The position numbers and the translations under genes are program-made. The notes below the pieces were generated by a model. The model saw only the letters and a program-made list of their open reading frames with translations, did not search any database and was not told the origin of the DNA. DNA of 59,284 nucleotides, filler included. It is 2 parts of 2 records of this genome, joined end to end, with 100 filler letters (N's around TTAATTAATTAA, not from the genome) between each part and the next. Parts side by side here need not be neighbours in the genome. Positions count along the whole stretch, not along the records: positions 1 to 31,785 come from SRR20825006_1296; 1 more part is not named here. One strand, given 5' to 3'. The stretch's first letter is position 1. Each line of letters starts with the position of its first letter. This document shows, one piece after another, positions 9,629 to 19,461 of this stretch.

Positions 9629-10492
9629 TCAGTCGCAGGTGGTTTGTTCATTGAAGCAAGGAGCCAGCTCGGTCGTTACCTTTGCCTGAAGCTGGGCCAT
9701 TAAACCTTTGTTGCCTCTGACGTTAGCGATGGCTTGCCAGATGCGGTTGACTGAGGTGTTGTCAAGCTCAACGTTTCTGCCAAAGGCCAGGAAGTGAGGG
9801 GTGGACCATAGAGCGGGTTCATGGATGACAAGAGGTTGCTCGCTTCTTGATACATAATGTATTGCTGCTCCTCTAAGAGCCACGACAGAGGCGATACGCC
9901 TTCGCTCCAGCATCTGAAACAGGCTGCTTTGTTTGGCAACAATTTGCGCCTGCTTGCCAGCCTCGGCGATTGTGCCTGCAGATCGGTAACCTAGCAGAAC
10001 CCCCACCGGCTCAGGAAGCGTTGCGACTGAAATGCTGACGGGCGCGGGTGTGTCTGCGTGGGTGATCACGACAAATTCAACATCGCTGAGTGCCTGCTTT
10101 GGTACCAGGGGCGTGATTGCGTCACCTTCCCCCTCATGAGACGGAAACCGAAAAAGAGCACCACGTTCTTCCGTATAGGAAATGCCGACAATGCCGTCGA
10201 GTTCACCTGCTGCCACTCTGTCCTGGCATCGTTTCCACGGCAGCAGGATCAGTTCATAGTCGAGCCCGATGTCAGCAAAGGCAGCATCGAGTATTTGGGT
10301 GTGAATGCCCCGCATCACATCATTTTTCATGAAACTATAGGGTGGCCAGAACTCAGTGCTGTTACAGAGCCGAACAGGGGTCGCGAAGGAGGGGGCTGAG
10401 GTGAAAATTGCCAGCAAGCTCGCCAGGAAAAGCTTTTTATAGTTCAACCGCTTGGCTCCTTTACCGGTTCGCTTGCCTAATTCGTGGCTCAT
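9629..10492 (-). CDS. Periplasmic substrate-binding protein (SBP_bac_3-like); start codon uncertain
   Basis: Signal-like LFLASLLAIFTSAPSFA; WPPYS, LPWKRC, GELDG and YTEER motifs. Confidence 0.8.
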   Translation of the reverse strand: MSHELGKRTGKGAKRLNYKKLFLASLLAIFTSAPSFATPVRLCNSTEFWPPYSFMKNDVMRGIHTQILDAAFADIGLDYELILLPWKRCQDRVAAGELDGIVGISYTEERGALFRFPSHEGEGDAITPLVPKQALSDVEFVVITHADTPAPVSISVATLPEPVGVLLGYRSAGTIAEAGKQAQIVAKQSSLFQMLERRRIASVVALRGAAIHYVSRSEQPLVIHEPALWSTPHFLAFGRNVELDNTSVNRIWQAIANVRGNKGLMAQLQAKVTTELAPCFNEQTTCD

Positions 10493-10627
10493 TTGAGTGC
10501 ATGATGACACCAGCTTGTCCAAGGTGATCGATACAGCATCTGTTTTTGTTTATACAGGGTATAGTTGCGATTTCCTTAAGGCGGAGCAAAGATATAGTCG
10601 CCGTAGGGGCGAAGCGGGGAGAAAAAC

Positions 10628-11656
10628 ATGTTTCTACAATGGGTGCGTGTCGCGTTGAGTTTGGGGATGCTGGGGGGAGCAGTCTGGTCGCCTCTCCACG
10701 CGAATGATATGATAGAAACTATTGCTGGGAAGCTCTCAAGAGGTGACTACGATGGCGTCACCGGGGGAATGGTGAGCGTGGACGGCAAGCTCCTGTTCGA
10801 AGCTTACGTGGGCGGTAATGACGCCGATAAACGCCACGATGTTCGCTCAGCTACTAAAAGCATCACATCGCTACTGATTGGTGAGCTGGTTGAGGACGGC
10901 AGCCTTTCATCTGTGAACGTTAAAGTATCCAAGATACTACCGGATGAATTTGCGCATATGGCGAACGATGACCCGCGCCGGGGTATCCGGATCGAGGATA
11001 TTCTGACCATGCGCACAGGTCTTGCCTGTAACGACTGGGTGCCAGCGTCGCTTGGACAGGAAGATAAGATGTACAAAACCCGTGACTGGGCAGCATTCCT
11101 GCTGAGCCAGCCGCTTGCCCATGAGATTGGCGAACATTTCAGCTATTGCACAGGCGGTGTGGTGTTGCTTGGCCGCGCAATCGAGAAACTCAGTGGAATG
11201 GATGTGCCCTCATTCGCGGAGGAGAGGCTGTTTCGGCCCTTGGGCATAGTGGGTGCCAAGTGGGAGAAGACCCCGACCGGCCACACTGATACGGGTGGTC
11301 ACCTTCGGTTCAGCCTGCCAGACCTTCATAAGTTGGGTGTTTTGATGCTGAACATGGGCCGTGTTGGCGACACGCAGGTTGTGACGGAAGACTGGATCAA
11401 AGCCTCGACCAAGGAACACACCAATATTCATGAACGGCATGAGAGATACGGATATCTCTGGTGGCTCAACAGCGGTGAAGTGAAGGGCAAGGCGGTAAGC
11501 CTCATTTTTGCGCACGGCAACGGTGGCAATTTCATCTTCATTATGCCAGAGCTGAACCTTGTCGCGGCATTCACTGGGAAAAACTACGGCAAACCAACAC
11601 AGTTCATTCCGATGCAGATTCTGACCAAAGAGATTGTGCCCGCCCTTATCAACTAA
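10628..11656 (+). CDS. Serine hydrolase, beta-lactamase class C-like family
   Basis: SxxK (SATK), FSYCTGG, YGYLWW and AHGNGG motifs; signal peptide. Confidence 0.9.
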   Translation: MFLQWVRVALSLGMLGGAVWSPLHANDMIETIAGKLSRGDYDGVTGGMVSVDGKLLFEAYVGGNDADKRHDVRSATKSITSLLIGELVEDGSLSSVNVKVSKILPDEFAHMANDDPRRGIRIEDILTMRTGLACNDWVPASLGQEDKMYKTRDWAAFLLSQPLAHEIGEHFSYCTGGVVLLGRAIEKLSGMDVPSFAEERLFRPLGIVGAKWEKTPTGHTDTGGHLRFSLPDLHKLGVLMLNMGRVGDTQVVTEDWIKASTKEHTNIHERHERYGYLWWLNSGEVKGKAVSLIFAHGNGGNFIFIMPELNLVAAFTGKNYGKPTQFIPMQILTKEIVPALIN

Positions 11657-13444
11657 CTATACGCCGACACCAAATTGAAGGTCAGCAAGCCGCTTATAAA
11701 GCCCGCCAGCGGCCACAAGCTCGTCATGGGTACCCTCGGCGACAATACGGCCTTCATCGAGCACCACGATGCGGTCTACCTTCTTTACGGTGGCAAGCCG
11801 GTGGGCGATCACAAGCGTGGTGCGCCCTTCCATCAGGTGTTCGAGCGCTTCCTGCACTTTTAGCTCAGATTCGGCGTCTAGTGCGCTGGTCGCCTCATCT
11901 AGCAGCAGAACGGGGGCGTCACGCAAAATGGCACGTGCAATGGCGATACGCTGGCGCTGCCCGCCTGAAAGCCGACTACCGCGCTCGCCAAGGAAGGTGT
12001 CATAACCCTCCGGCGCGCGCTCAATAAATTCTTTTGCTGCCGCAGCCTGAACAGCCCGTTTTACATCGTCGTCCGAAGCGTTCAGGCGGCCATAGCGGAT
12101 GTTCTCTGCGATCGTGTCCGCAAAAATGATGGTGTCTTGCGGCACAAAGGCGAGGTGCGAGCGGAAGTCCTGCGGTTCTGTGGTGGCGATATCTATGCCG
12201 TCCAGAGTTACGGAGCCCGATTGCGGGTCATAAAACCTGAGCAGCAACTGCAGGACGGTTGACTTGCCCGCGCCGGACGGCCCGACGAGCGCAACAGTCT
12301 CACCCGGTTTGACATGTAGGTTGAAACCGTCAAGTGCGGCTACGTCCTTTTTGCTGGGGTAATAGAACGTTACGTTATCGAAACGAATGTCGCCATTGAT
12401 GGCTGCCGGAAGCGCAACAGCGTTGGCGGGCGCCTTGATGGTTGCCTCAGCTGAAAGCAGCTCGGCCAGTCGCCCGGCAGCACCTGCTGCGCGTTGAAGC
12501 TCGCTATAGACCTCGGAAAGGGCACCAAATGCCCCTGCAACAAACACGGCGCGCATAATGAAATCAAGCATCTCGCCGCCGGTCATGCTACCTGCGATAA
12601 CGTCTTGCGCGCCTTCATAAAGCACAAGTGCGATGGCGCCGAAGATAAGGAAGATCATGGCGAAGGTTAAACCTGCACGAACCTGTATACGACGCTTCGC
12701 CGCGACAAAGGCGTCGTCTACATGCTCGCCAAAGCGTCTGGCTTCGGCTTTTTCCTGTGTGAAGGCCTGTACGATATTGAGGGCGGAAAGCGATTCGCCC
12801 GCGCGGGCGCCCACGTCGGCCACTTTGTCCTGGCTGGTGCGGGACAGGTCGCGCACACGCCTCCCAACCACAATGATGATGCCGAGCAGCAGCGGGATCA
12901 CCACAATGATATAGCTCATCAGCTTTGGCGACATGACGAAAAGCCAGATGGTGCCAGCAATAGCGATCAGAAAATTACGCGCCCAGACAGATACGCTGGA
13001 GCCGACAATGGTTTGAACAAGCGTTGTATCTGCCGTTAGCCGGGAGACGATCTCACCGGGGCGGTTTTCCTCAAAAAATTCAGGCGACAGGGTGATTAGG
13101 CGCTCATAGACAGCTTTGCGGATGTCAGCCACAACACGCTCGCCCAACCATGTCACAAAATAAAAGCGGCAGGCGGTGGCAACGGCCATCACGCTTACAA
13201 TGCCAACAAATACGAGGAAATAATCGTTCACTTTCTGCGCATTATCTGCCGAAAAGCCTTTGTCCACGATATCGCCAAGGGCGGTGGGGACAATGAGGAC
13301 AGTGAGTGCTGCGATAATGAGAAAGAAGGATGCTAGCACCAGCTGGAGCTTATAGGGCCGGACGAACGACCAGAGCGTACGCAGGTTGGAGAGTTTACCC
13401 TTGGGTGGTTCGTGCTCCTGGCGCACGGCAGAATCAGTCATCAT
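11657..13444 (-). CDS. ABC exporter, fused permease/ATPase (MsbA-related)
   Basis: 6-TM domain; Walker [26 protein letters not shown] and IAHRL motifs. Confidence 0.93.
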   Translation of the reverse strand: MMTDSAVRQEHEPPKGKLSNLRTLWSFVRPYKLQLVLASFFLIIAALTVLIVPTALGDIVDKGFSADNAQKVNDYFLVFVGIVSVMAVATACRFYFVTWLGERVVADIRKAVYERLITLSPEFFEENRPGEIVSRLTADTTLVQTIVGSSVSVWARNFLIAIAGTIWLFVMSPKLMSYIIVVIPLLLGIIIVVGRRVRDLSRTSQDKVADVGARAGESLSALNIVQAFTQEKAEARRFGEHVDDAFVAAKRRIQVRAGLTFAMIFLIFGAIALVLYEGAQDVIAGSMTGGEMLDFIMRAVFVAGAFGALSEVYSELQRAAGAAGRLAELLSAEATIKAPANAVALPAAINGDIRFDNVTFYYPSKKDVAALDGFNLHVKPGETVALVGPSGAGKSTVLQLLLRFYDPQSGSVTLDGIDIATTEPQDFRSHLAFVPQDTIIFADTIAENIRYGRLNASDDDVKRAVQAAAAKEFIERAPEGYDTFLGERGSRLSGGQRQRIAIARAILRDAPVLLLDEATSALDAESELKVQEALEHLMEGRTTLVIAHRLATVKKVDRIVVLDEGRIVAEGTHDELVAAGGLYKRLADLQFGVGV

Positions 13445-13599
13445 TACTTCCCTATGAATTACCCGGCAGATATAGGGCTGCAGAGGCGCCATGCCAATCA
13501 ACGTTTTTGAAAAACTTGCTATTTGCCTGTAATAAGGGGCAGAAGAGCGTCCTCAGGATGGAAAAATCCGGTATTTGTCCAAAAAGCCGAGAAACAGCC

Positions 13600-13626
13600 T
13601 TGCAAAGGGGTGAAACATCCGCTAAA
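13600..13626 (+). promoter_or_regulatory. Probable sigma70 promoter of rpmE
   Basis: TTGCAA-N15-GCTAAA resembles the alphaproteobacterial housekeeping consensus; a similar TTGCAA-N15-GCTAGA precedes atpH. Confidence 0.45.
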
Positions 13627-13656
13627 CGGACGCCTCGTTTTCGGAGATTAAAGACC

Positions 13657-13881
13657 ATGAAACAAGACATTCATCCCGACTACCACACAATCAAAGTGGT
13701 AATGACCGACGGGACGACTTTTGAGACCCGCTCAACTTGGGGCTCGGAGGGCGATACAATGACACTCGAGATTGACCCGAAATCCCACCCGGCTTGGACC
13801 GGTGGCGCCCGCCAGGTACTTGAAGGTGGCCGTGTGGCTCGCTTCAACAAGCGGTTCGGTGGATTTTCTCTTAAGAAGTAA
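13657..13881 (+). CDS. rpmE: 50S ribosomal protein L31
   Basis: [10 protein letters not shown]...SHPAWTGG...[10 protein letters not shown]; 74 aa. Confidence 0.97.
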   Translation: MKQDIHPDYHTIKVVMTDGTTFETRSTWGSEGDTMTLEIDPKSHPAWTGGARQVLEGGRVARFNKRFGGFSLKK

Positions 13882-13906
13882 GTCATTCCCGTACTTTAGT
13901 TTTTCG

Positions 13907-13936
13907 AAAAAGGCGTCCCATTGGGGCGCCTTTTTT
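13907..13936 (+). terminator. Intrinsic terminator after rpmE
   Basis: AAAAAGGCGTCCC-ATT-GGGGCGCCTTTTTT. Confidence 0.8.
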
Positions 13937-13947
13937 GCATGTCGCCT

Positions 13948-13976
13948 CTTGCAGAAATTATCTGCCATTCCTACAT
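13948..13976 (+). promoter_or_regulatory. RpoH (sigma32) heat-shock promoter of ibpA
   Basis: CTTG-N18-CCTACAT resembles the alphaproteobacterial RpoH consensus (CTTG-N17/18-CYTATNT); upstream of an sHSP gene. Confidence 0.65.
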
Positions 13977-13985
13977 GAGATTTGT

Positions 13986-14079
13986 CCGGTCGCCGCATAG
14001 GTGGGGCCGGGAAATTGAGTTGGCCTGGCAATGGTTGCAGGCCGTTAAATCAGTCGCTTCTGAAGGAGGACATGACATG
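13986..14079 (+). ncRNA. ROSE-like RNA thermometer in the ibpA 5' UTR
   Basis: Two upstream hairpins, then GUC-G(bulge)-CUUC/UGAA/GGAG-GAC sequestering the SD (UCGCU motif) just before AUG 14077. Confidence 0.75.
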
Positions 14080-14535
14080 AGAACTTTTGACCTTTCCCCA
14101 TTAATGCGCAGCAGCGTGGGCTTCGATCACCTGAACAGGTTGCTTGATTCGGCCCTGAATACGGAACAGGCTGCGCCTTATCCCCCATACAATATTGAAA
14201 AATTGAGCGATGACGACTATCGCGTCACCATGGCTGTGGCCGGTTTTGCACCGGACGAGCTGACGGTGACCGTGCAAGAAGGCACCTTGTTGATTGCCGG
14301 GAGGGCGGCAGATGATGACAAGGAAAGACGCTTCCTGCACCGCGGCATCGCCAAACGCGCCTTTGAGCGCCGGTTTGAGCTTGCAGACACCATTCAGGTT
14401 GGTAACGCCAAATTCGAGAACGGCTTATTGCTGGTAGAGTTGAAGCGCGTGATCCCTGATCACAAGAAACCTCGTCAGATTGAGATCCGTACGGACGAAA
14501 ATGCCGTAAAACAGATTGAAGCTGACGCAGCGTAA
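14077..14535 (+). CDS. ibpA: Small heat-shock protein, IbpA class
   Basis: MRTFDLSPL, YPPYNIE, AVAGF, LHRGIA, NGLL and C-terminal IEI motifs. Confidence 0.95.
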   Translation: MRTFDLSPLMRSSVGFDHLNRLLDSALNTEQAAPYPPYNIEKLSDDDYRVTMAVAGFAPDELTVTVQEGTLLIAGRAADDDKERRFLHRGIAKRAFERRFELADTIQVGNAKFENGLLLVELKRVIPDHKKPRQIEIRTDENAVKQIEADAA

Positions 14536-14666
14536 CGCGTTTCTCGCTCTTTAAGTTTCCTCCACGACCCCTCGCTGTCGTGTACCTCACGTGAGGACCG
14601 GGCCATTCCTCCCCCTGAACCCCGCCCTGTCCTCACGTTTTTTCACAAGTTGCACTCGTTGCCCTG

Positions 14667-14861
14667 TCAGGTTTTGAAAAAGGCTTGGGCGGCCTCGCGG
14701 CTGGCTTTTTTGGCCTTCATTTCCTTCTGGGTGCGATCAATTTCAGCCTCAAGGCGTTCAATGCGCAGCTCAAGCTCTTCCGCGCTGATGGTGGACAGGT
14801 CTTCCCGCTCCACGGCGGTGAGCGGGCTATCTTTTTTTACTGGCAGGTCATCAAAATCCAT
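14667..14861 (-). CDS. DUF1192 family small protein
   Basis: DLSTISAEEL..RIERLEAEI...ASREAAQAFFK; typical position divergent from the quinone oxidoreductase gene. Confidence 0.85.
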   Translation of the reverse strand: MDFDDLPVKKDSPLTAVEREDLSTISAEELELRIERLEAEIDRTQKEMKAKKASREAAQAFFKT

Positions 14862-14965
14862 CGCAGATCTCCCTTTTCGGTCGTTTGTCCATGATGCCGA
14901 AGAAGCTGGCCCTTGTCACGCATGCCTTAACGCCCCACCTTGAGAGAAAGCGTTAGGAGAGGCAT

Positions 14966-15955
14966 GTGAAAGCTATTGAAATTAAAACACCGGGTGGACC
15001 GGAGGTCCTAACCCTTACCGAACGGGACAGGCCTGAAGCTGGCCCCGGTGAAGTGTTGATCAGGGTTCGTGCAGCGGGCGTTAACAGGCCCGATATCGTG
15101 CAACGCGAAGGGCGGTATCCACCCCCGCCGGGCGCTTCTGATATCCCGGGCCTTGAGGTTTCTGGTCAGGTTGTTGCCGTTGGAGGGCAGGTTTCAGGCC
15201 TCGCTGTGGGCGATAAAGTATGCGCGCTTGTGCCGGGCGGCGGCTACGCAGAATATTGTGTTGCACCCGCAGCCACAACATTACCGTTACCCGAAGGGTT
15301 TGACTTCATTAAAGGCGCTGCGATTCCGGAGACATTTTTCACTGTGTGGTCCAACCTGTTTGACCGTGCGGCTTTGAAGGCGGGCGAAAGCTTGTTGGTA
15401 CATGGGGGCTCGAGCGGTATCGGCTCGACCGCAATCCAGCTGGCTAAGGCCTTTGGCGTGAAAGTTTTCACCACTGTGGGGACGCCGGAGAAAGCCAAGT
15501 TCTGCATAGAATTGGGCGCAGACTGCGCGATCAACTACCGGGAAGAGGACTTTGAAGAGCGCGTGCTGAAAGAAACTGGCGGTGCGGGCGTGAACGTGGT
15601 GCTGGATATGGTGGGCGGTGATTATATCGCCAAAAACATTGCGTGCCTCACACCAGACGGCCGCCATGTTTCCATCGCGTTCCTGACAGGTCCGCAGGTG
15701 AGCCTGAATATGCTGCCGGTGATGCTGAAACGCCTTACCTTGACTGGTAGCACGCTTCGGCCGAGAGATAATGCGTTCAAGGGGGCGATTGCGAACGCGC
15801 TTCGGGATAAGGTTTGGCCGATGATGAAGGTGGGCGGCCCCGCGCCTGTTATCAGTGCGGTATTCCCGCTTGAGAAGGCATCGGATGCCCACGCGATGAT
15901 GGAGGCCAGCACGCATATGGGTAAAATTGTTCTTGAGGTGCCAGAATCAGCCTAA
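14966..15955 (+). CDS. NAD(P)H-quinone oxidoreductase, PIG3/zeta-crystallin family
   Basis: AGVNRPD, PGLEVSG, PETFFTVW, HGGSSGIG and GSTLR motifs. Confidence 0.93.
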   Translation: MKAIEIKTPGGPEVLTLTERDRPEAGPGEVLIRVRAAGVNRPDIVQREGRYPPPPGASDIPGLEVSGQVVAVGGQVSGLAVGDKVCALVPGGGYAEYCVAPAATTLPLPEGFDFIKGAAIPETFFTVWSNLFDRAALKAGESLLVHGGSSGIGSTAIQLAKAFGVKVFTTVGTPEKAKFCIELGADCAINYREEDFEERVLKETGGAGVNVVLDMVGGDYIAKNIACLTPDGRHVSIAFLTGPQVSLNMLPVMLKRLTLTGSTLRPRDNAFKGAIANALRDKVWPMMKVGGPAPVISAVFPLEKASDAHAMMEASTHMGKIVLEVPESA

Positions 15956-16141
15956 AAACGTGTATCTGGGCCCGAAACGGCTCATTATTCGCGGTGACAG
16001 GCGCTTTCTGACCTGTTAAAGAGGGGCATGGGAGAAATTCCTCCCGCCCCTTTCAGGAACATTATGATCTTTCCGGGAGGGCAGGTGAACGAGGCGTTTA
16101 CCTGGGCGGAGAAGAATTCTGTAATTTGTAGGGATACTGGG

Positions 16142-16771
16142 ATGACACAACCTTTGATGCCGATGGCCACAGCCGTGTGGCTTGTAGACAATACAGCACT
16201 GACGTTCAAGCAGATCGCGCTGTTTTGCCAGATGCACGAGCTTGAAGTGCAGGGCATTGCAGATGGCACGGTTGGCACAAATATTGTTGGGCAAGACCCG
16301 ACAGCAAGTGGCCAGCTGACCTGGGACGAGATCAACCGCTGCCAGAAAGACGCGAGCGGCGTATTGAAGCTTAGCGTGGATGATGTGAAGGCAATGCCGC
16401 GCACAAAAGGCCCACGCTATACGCCTGTTTCCAAGCGGCAGGACAAGCCGGATGCGATTGCGTGGCTGGTGCGTCACCATCCTGAGCTGAGCGACCTGCA
16501 AATCAGCCGTCTTGTGGGCACCACGAAGCCGACCATCTCGGCTATTCGTGACCGTAGCCACTGGAATATCCAGAACATCAAACCGCAGGATCCTGTTGGT
16601 CTTGGCCTATGCCGCCAAACGGAACTTGACGAAGCGGTTCGCAGCGCTGCAGAGCGCCGTCGTAAAGCGGATGAGAAGGCAGGTATTGTCAGCGCTGACG
16701 AAGCGGTGGAAGAAGATTCCGTCGTGCGGGTTGACCCTCCGGCACCGGAGCCGACAGGCGACGAAAGCTAA
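16142..16771 (+). CDS. trcR: DUF1013 domain protein (TrcR-like transcriptional regulator)
   Basis: PLMPMATAVWLVDNTAL, RYTPVSKRQDKPDAI and GTTKPTI..IRDRSHWN motifs. Confidence 0.88.
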   Translation: MTQPLMPMATAVWLVDNTALTFKQIALFCQMHELEVQGIADGTVGTNIVGQDPTASGQLTWDEINRCQKDASGVLKLSVDDVKAMPRTKGPRYTPVSKRQDKPDAIAWLVRHHPELSDLQISRLVGTTKPTISAIRDRSHWNIQNIKPQDPVGLGLCRQTELDEAVRSAAERRRKADEKAGIVSADEAVEEDSVVRVDPPAPEPTGDES

Positions 16772-16796
16772 GGGAAACCAAGGCAATTGCTTAAAC

Positions 16797-16829
16797 AAAA
16801 AGCGCGAGGCATATACCTCGCGCTTTTTT
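16797..16829. terminator. Bidirectional terminator
   Basis: AAAAAGCGCGAGG-CATATA-CCTCGCGCTTTTTT between convergent genes. Confidence 0.8.
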
Positions 16830-16846
16830 GTCATCTGGAAATCCGG

Positions 16847-17014
16847 TTAATGCTTAACAAATCGGGACATTTCCTCTTTCAGCCGGAGCTTTTGTTTTTT
16901 AAGCTCCGCGAGCCGTATCGTGTCTGGACACGGTCGATGTTCTTCACGGGCGATGATCTCTTCAATTTCAGCATGTTTGGCGTTGAGTGAATTAACATGC
17001 GATTCTAGGTTCAT
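16847..17014 (-). CDS. DUF465/YdcH family small protein (55 aa, missing from the ORF track)
   Basis: Manual translation MNLESHVNSLNAKHAEIEEIIAREEHRPCPDTIRLAELKKQKLRLKEEMSRFVKH*; AAGGAG RBS; H..LE..I and LKK.KL.LKEE pattern. Confidence 0.88.
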   Translation of the reverse strand: MNLESHVNSLNAKHAEIEEIIAREEHRPCPDTIRLAELKKQKLRLKEEMSRFVKH

Positions 17015-17168
17015 ACCCGTCACTCCTTTTCTTTGATAGTTGGACTATACATTTCATCATTCTGTCACGAAGTTGTCACGGAAAAGATTGGCCTCATCTG
17101 ACTAAGCCTGTATCTTCGGGCACTTAGCAAAAGCGGATTTTTTAGCCTTTGAAGGATTATTGCGCGGA

Positions 17169-17756
17169 ATGCCTGAGACTCGAACAAACAGACTGGTGAT
17201 CGCGATCACGGGCGCAAGCGGTGCAGCTTATGGTGTCCGTATGCTGGAGCTTTTGAAGCCCGAGGATGTGGAGACCCATCTGGTGATCTCGAAGGCAGGG
17301 GAGCGCACGATTTCCGAAGAGCTAGATAAAACATCCAAAGAAATCAAGGCGCTAGCAGATGTGGTCTATCCGGCAGCAGATATTGGTGCGGCGATCGCAA
17401 GCGGCAGTTTCAAGACCATGGGCATGCTTATTGCGCCGTGTTCGGTGAAAACCATGGGCGAGGTTCGCACCGGGCTTACTTCGTCGCTGATCAGCCGGGC
17501 GGCGGATGTGATGCTGAAAGAACGCCGCAGGCTGGTGCTGATGGTTCGGGAAACACCCTTTCATCTTGGGCACTTACGCACCATGACGGCACTGTCTGAA
17601 ATGGGCGCTATTATCATGCCGCCGATGCCAGCGCTTTATGCAAAACCCAAAACCATTGACGAAATGGTGACTTATACCGCCGTGCGGGCGCTTGATCTTT
17701 TCGGGCTTGATGTCGGTGATATCAACCGTTGGGGCGAGGGGGGTGAAGGGAAATAA
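17169..17756 (+). CDS. ubiX: Flavin prenyltransferase UbiX
   Basis: ITGASGA, IASGSF, APCS, RAADVMLKERR and RETP motifs. Confidence 0.95.
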   Translation: MPETRTNRLVIAITGASGAAYGVRMLELLKPEDVETHLVISKAGERTISEELDKTSKEIKALADVVYPAADIGAAIASGSFKTMGMLIAPCSVKTMGEVRTGLTSSLISRAADVMLKERRRLVLMVRETPFHLGHLRTMTALSEMGAIIMPPMPALYAKPKTIDEMVTYTAVRALDLFGLDVGDINRWGEGGEGK

Positions 17757-17838
17757 CGCCACACCGCCACATATTCCGGGTGAAACTGTGACGGTTTTTG
17801 TGGCGCGACTGTGGCGTAAAATTCCGGTGTCCGAAGGC

Positions 17839-18579
17839 TTATTGAGGGGTTAAAAGCTGCATGCAATAGTCTGGCACCTTGATCTCATCGTCGCCGGTAC
17901 GGCTGAAAACCAAATCACTGAAATGTCCGCTGCTTACCAGTTTTTCCCCTTCATACATCTCAAAGCGGAATGGCCACATCACCCCGTCTATACGGCGATA
18001 CTCAAACTCGCGCCCGTATGACTTGCCACCAAACCACAGCGCGCTGATCAGGCTGGTTTCCGGGTCGATACCAATATGGAACCCCTTCCAGCCAGGGCGA
18101 TAGATGTTGTACCAATCAAGGCCCGCGTATGGCGCTGTTGTCGGCGCGCCGGGGTCTGCGGGCGCGAGAATCGTCTGGCTGTCGCTCAGGAGAAACAGGA
18201 AGTTGCTGTAGAGCGAACGCATCATGCGGTTTTCTTCCGCCTCTGGTAGCGGCGCGCAATGTCCGCCAATGAAGCTGTATCCGCGCCCGGCGCCTGCAAT
18301 CTTGCGCTCTAACCCGCCTTCGCTGGTTTCTTCTTTGGCGATTGCCTTGTTCTGGAAGTCATAGTGCATATCAGCGACATGAGGCAGCTTGTCCCCCGGG
18401 TTGCGGGTGTAAAGCCGCATCCGGGCGGACGTCAGGGACATCAATGCCTCCCCACCATGCGCCGCCCGCATCTGGGCGAGCATCTCAGACGGTGTCGCCG
18501 CTGCGGTCACATGAGGGCCAGCAAACAAGCTTGAAAAGGCGAGCAGTACGCCCGCGAAAATCCGAACAGAAATCATCAT
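17839..18579 (-). CDS. Secreted hypothetical protein (beta-rich, possibly LolA-like fold)
   Basis: Signal peptide; AHGG.AL near the N-terminus; IDPET.LI and EYRRIDGVMWPF motifs. Confidence 0.65.
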   Translation of the reverse strand: MMISVRIFAGVLLAFSSLFAGPHVTAAATPSEMLAQMRAAHGGEALMSLTSARMRLYTRNPGDKLPHVADMHYDFQNKAIAKEETSEGGLERKIAGAGRGYSFIGGHCAPLPEAEENRMMRSLYSNFLFLLSDSQTILAPADPGAPTTAPYAGLDWYNIYRPGWKGFHIGIDPETSLISALWFGGKSYGREFEYRRIDGVMWPFRFEMYEGEKLVSSGHFSDLVFSRTGDDEIKVPDYCMQLLTPQ

Positions 18580-18655
18580 TACCTCAACATTAAAGCGTGA
18601 GGCTTATGGAAACCCTGATTAGGCCGCGTCTCAAGCGCGGTGCGATGAACAGGGG

Positions 18656-19189
18656 CTAAGGCACGCCGGGTCGCACCACTTGTTGTGCACCAGCCAAAAG
18701 CGGGGAGAGCAAGTGTTCTGACAATCCACACTCATAGGCATATGAAGTCAGGTGTTGGCCTCGGGCTCCTAGCGGTGTTTCGCTAACTTCAACCCCACTC
18801 ATGCAGGCGATCAATGCTTTCTGGGCGCGTTTTTCAATTTCCAGTTCCTGCGCCAGAAATTCCCGATATCCGCTGCCACCTTTCATGCCATTCCGTATCT
18901 CGCGTAGCGGGCCCAAAATCTCCGTCTGCCAGAGGTGCGATGTGTTACCGAGCGCCACTGACGTCTCGTTTGGAAGCGCCACACGGTGGCAATCACACCA
19001 CAGGTACAGAAGCATCAGGTTTATATCTGCACCAAAGCTGTTCTGTGCCTCAAGGCAAATGTCTTTCACGCCTGGTTTCCCATAAACCTCTAAAGCGAAG
19101 TGCCAGAAAATATCCGGGTCATGAACCAGCTTGTGAATAATATCAGGGGCTTGCACGTCAGGCCTCTCTTCCTTGTGGTGATCGGTCAT
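18656..19189 (-). CDS. TIGR02444/DUF2390 family protein
   Basis: FWHFALEVYGKPGV..CL.AQ..FGADINLML..LW and ELEIEK motifs; usual neighbour of ubiX. Confidence 0.85.
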   Translation of the reverse strand: MTDHHKEERPDVQAPDIIHKLVHDPDIFWHFALEVYGKPGVKDICLEAQNSFGADINLMLLYLWCDCHRVALPNETSVALGNTSHLWQTEILGPLREIRNGMKGGSGYREFLAQELEIEKRAQKALIACMSGVEVSETPLGARGQHLTSYAYECGLSEHLLSPLLAGAQQVVRPGVP

Positions 19190-19233
19190 GCTATAACGGC
19201 GTACTTTGGGAAAATCGGGTTTTGAGGCAGTTG

Positions 19234-19431
19234 ATGGACGAGGATGACATCCGGGGGCAGATGGCGGTTCTCATGCAGGAACACAGGGATCTTGATGATG
19301 CCATCACTGCAGTAACGCGTGCGGGTACATTCGATCTGTTGCAGGTGCAGCGGCTCAAGAAGCGGAAGCTGATGCTCAAGGATGAGATCGCCAAGCTCAA
19401 GAATATGCTGGTGCCGGATATCATTGCCTAA
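19234..19431 (+). CDS. DUF465/YdcH family small protein
   Basis: EHRDLDDAI...RLKKRKLMLKDEI...PDIIA. Confidence 0.9.
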   Translation: MDEDDIRGQMAVLMQEHRDLDDAITAVTRAGTFDLLQVQRLKKRKLMLKDEIAKLKNMLVPDIIA

Positions 19432-19461
19432 ACGGGTAATGCCCAAAACGTGTGGTGGCGT

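Noticed and set aside
13330-13656. N-terminal extensions given by the ORF track for rpmE (likewise fbaA, ibpA, purE, pdp, degT)
   Set aside because: Upstream in-frame sequence overlaps other genes or promoters; family N-termini and RBS indicate the later starts.
13657-13881. Cys-free L31 as a zinc-starvation paralogue
   Set aside because: Cys-free L31 is the usual form in Alphaproteobacteria; no Zur box or rpmJ2 is adjacent.
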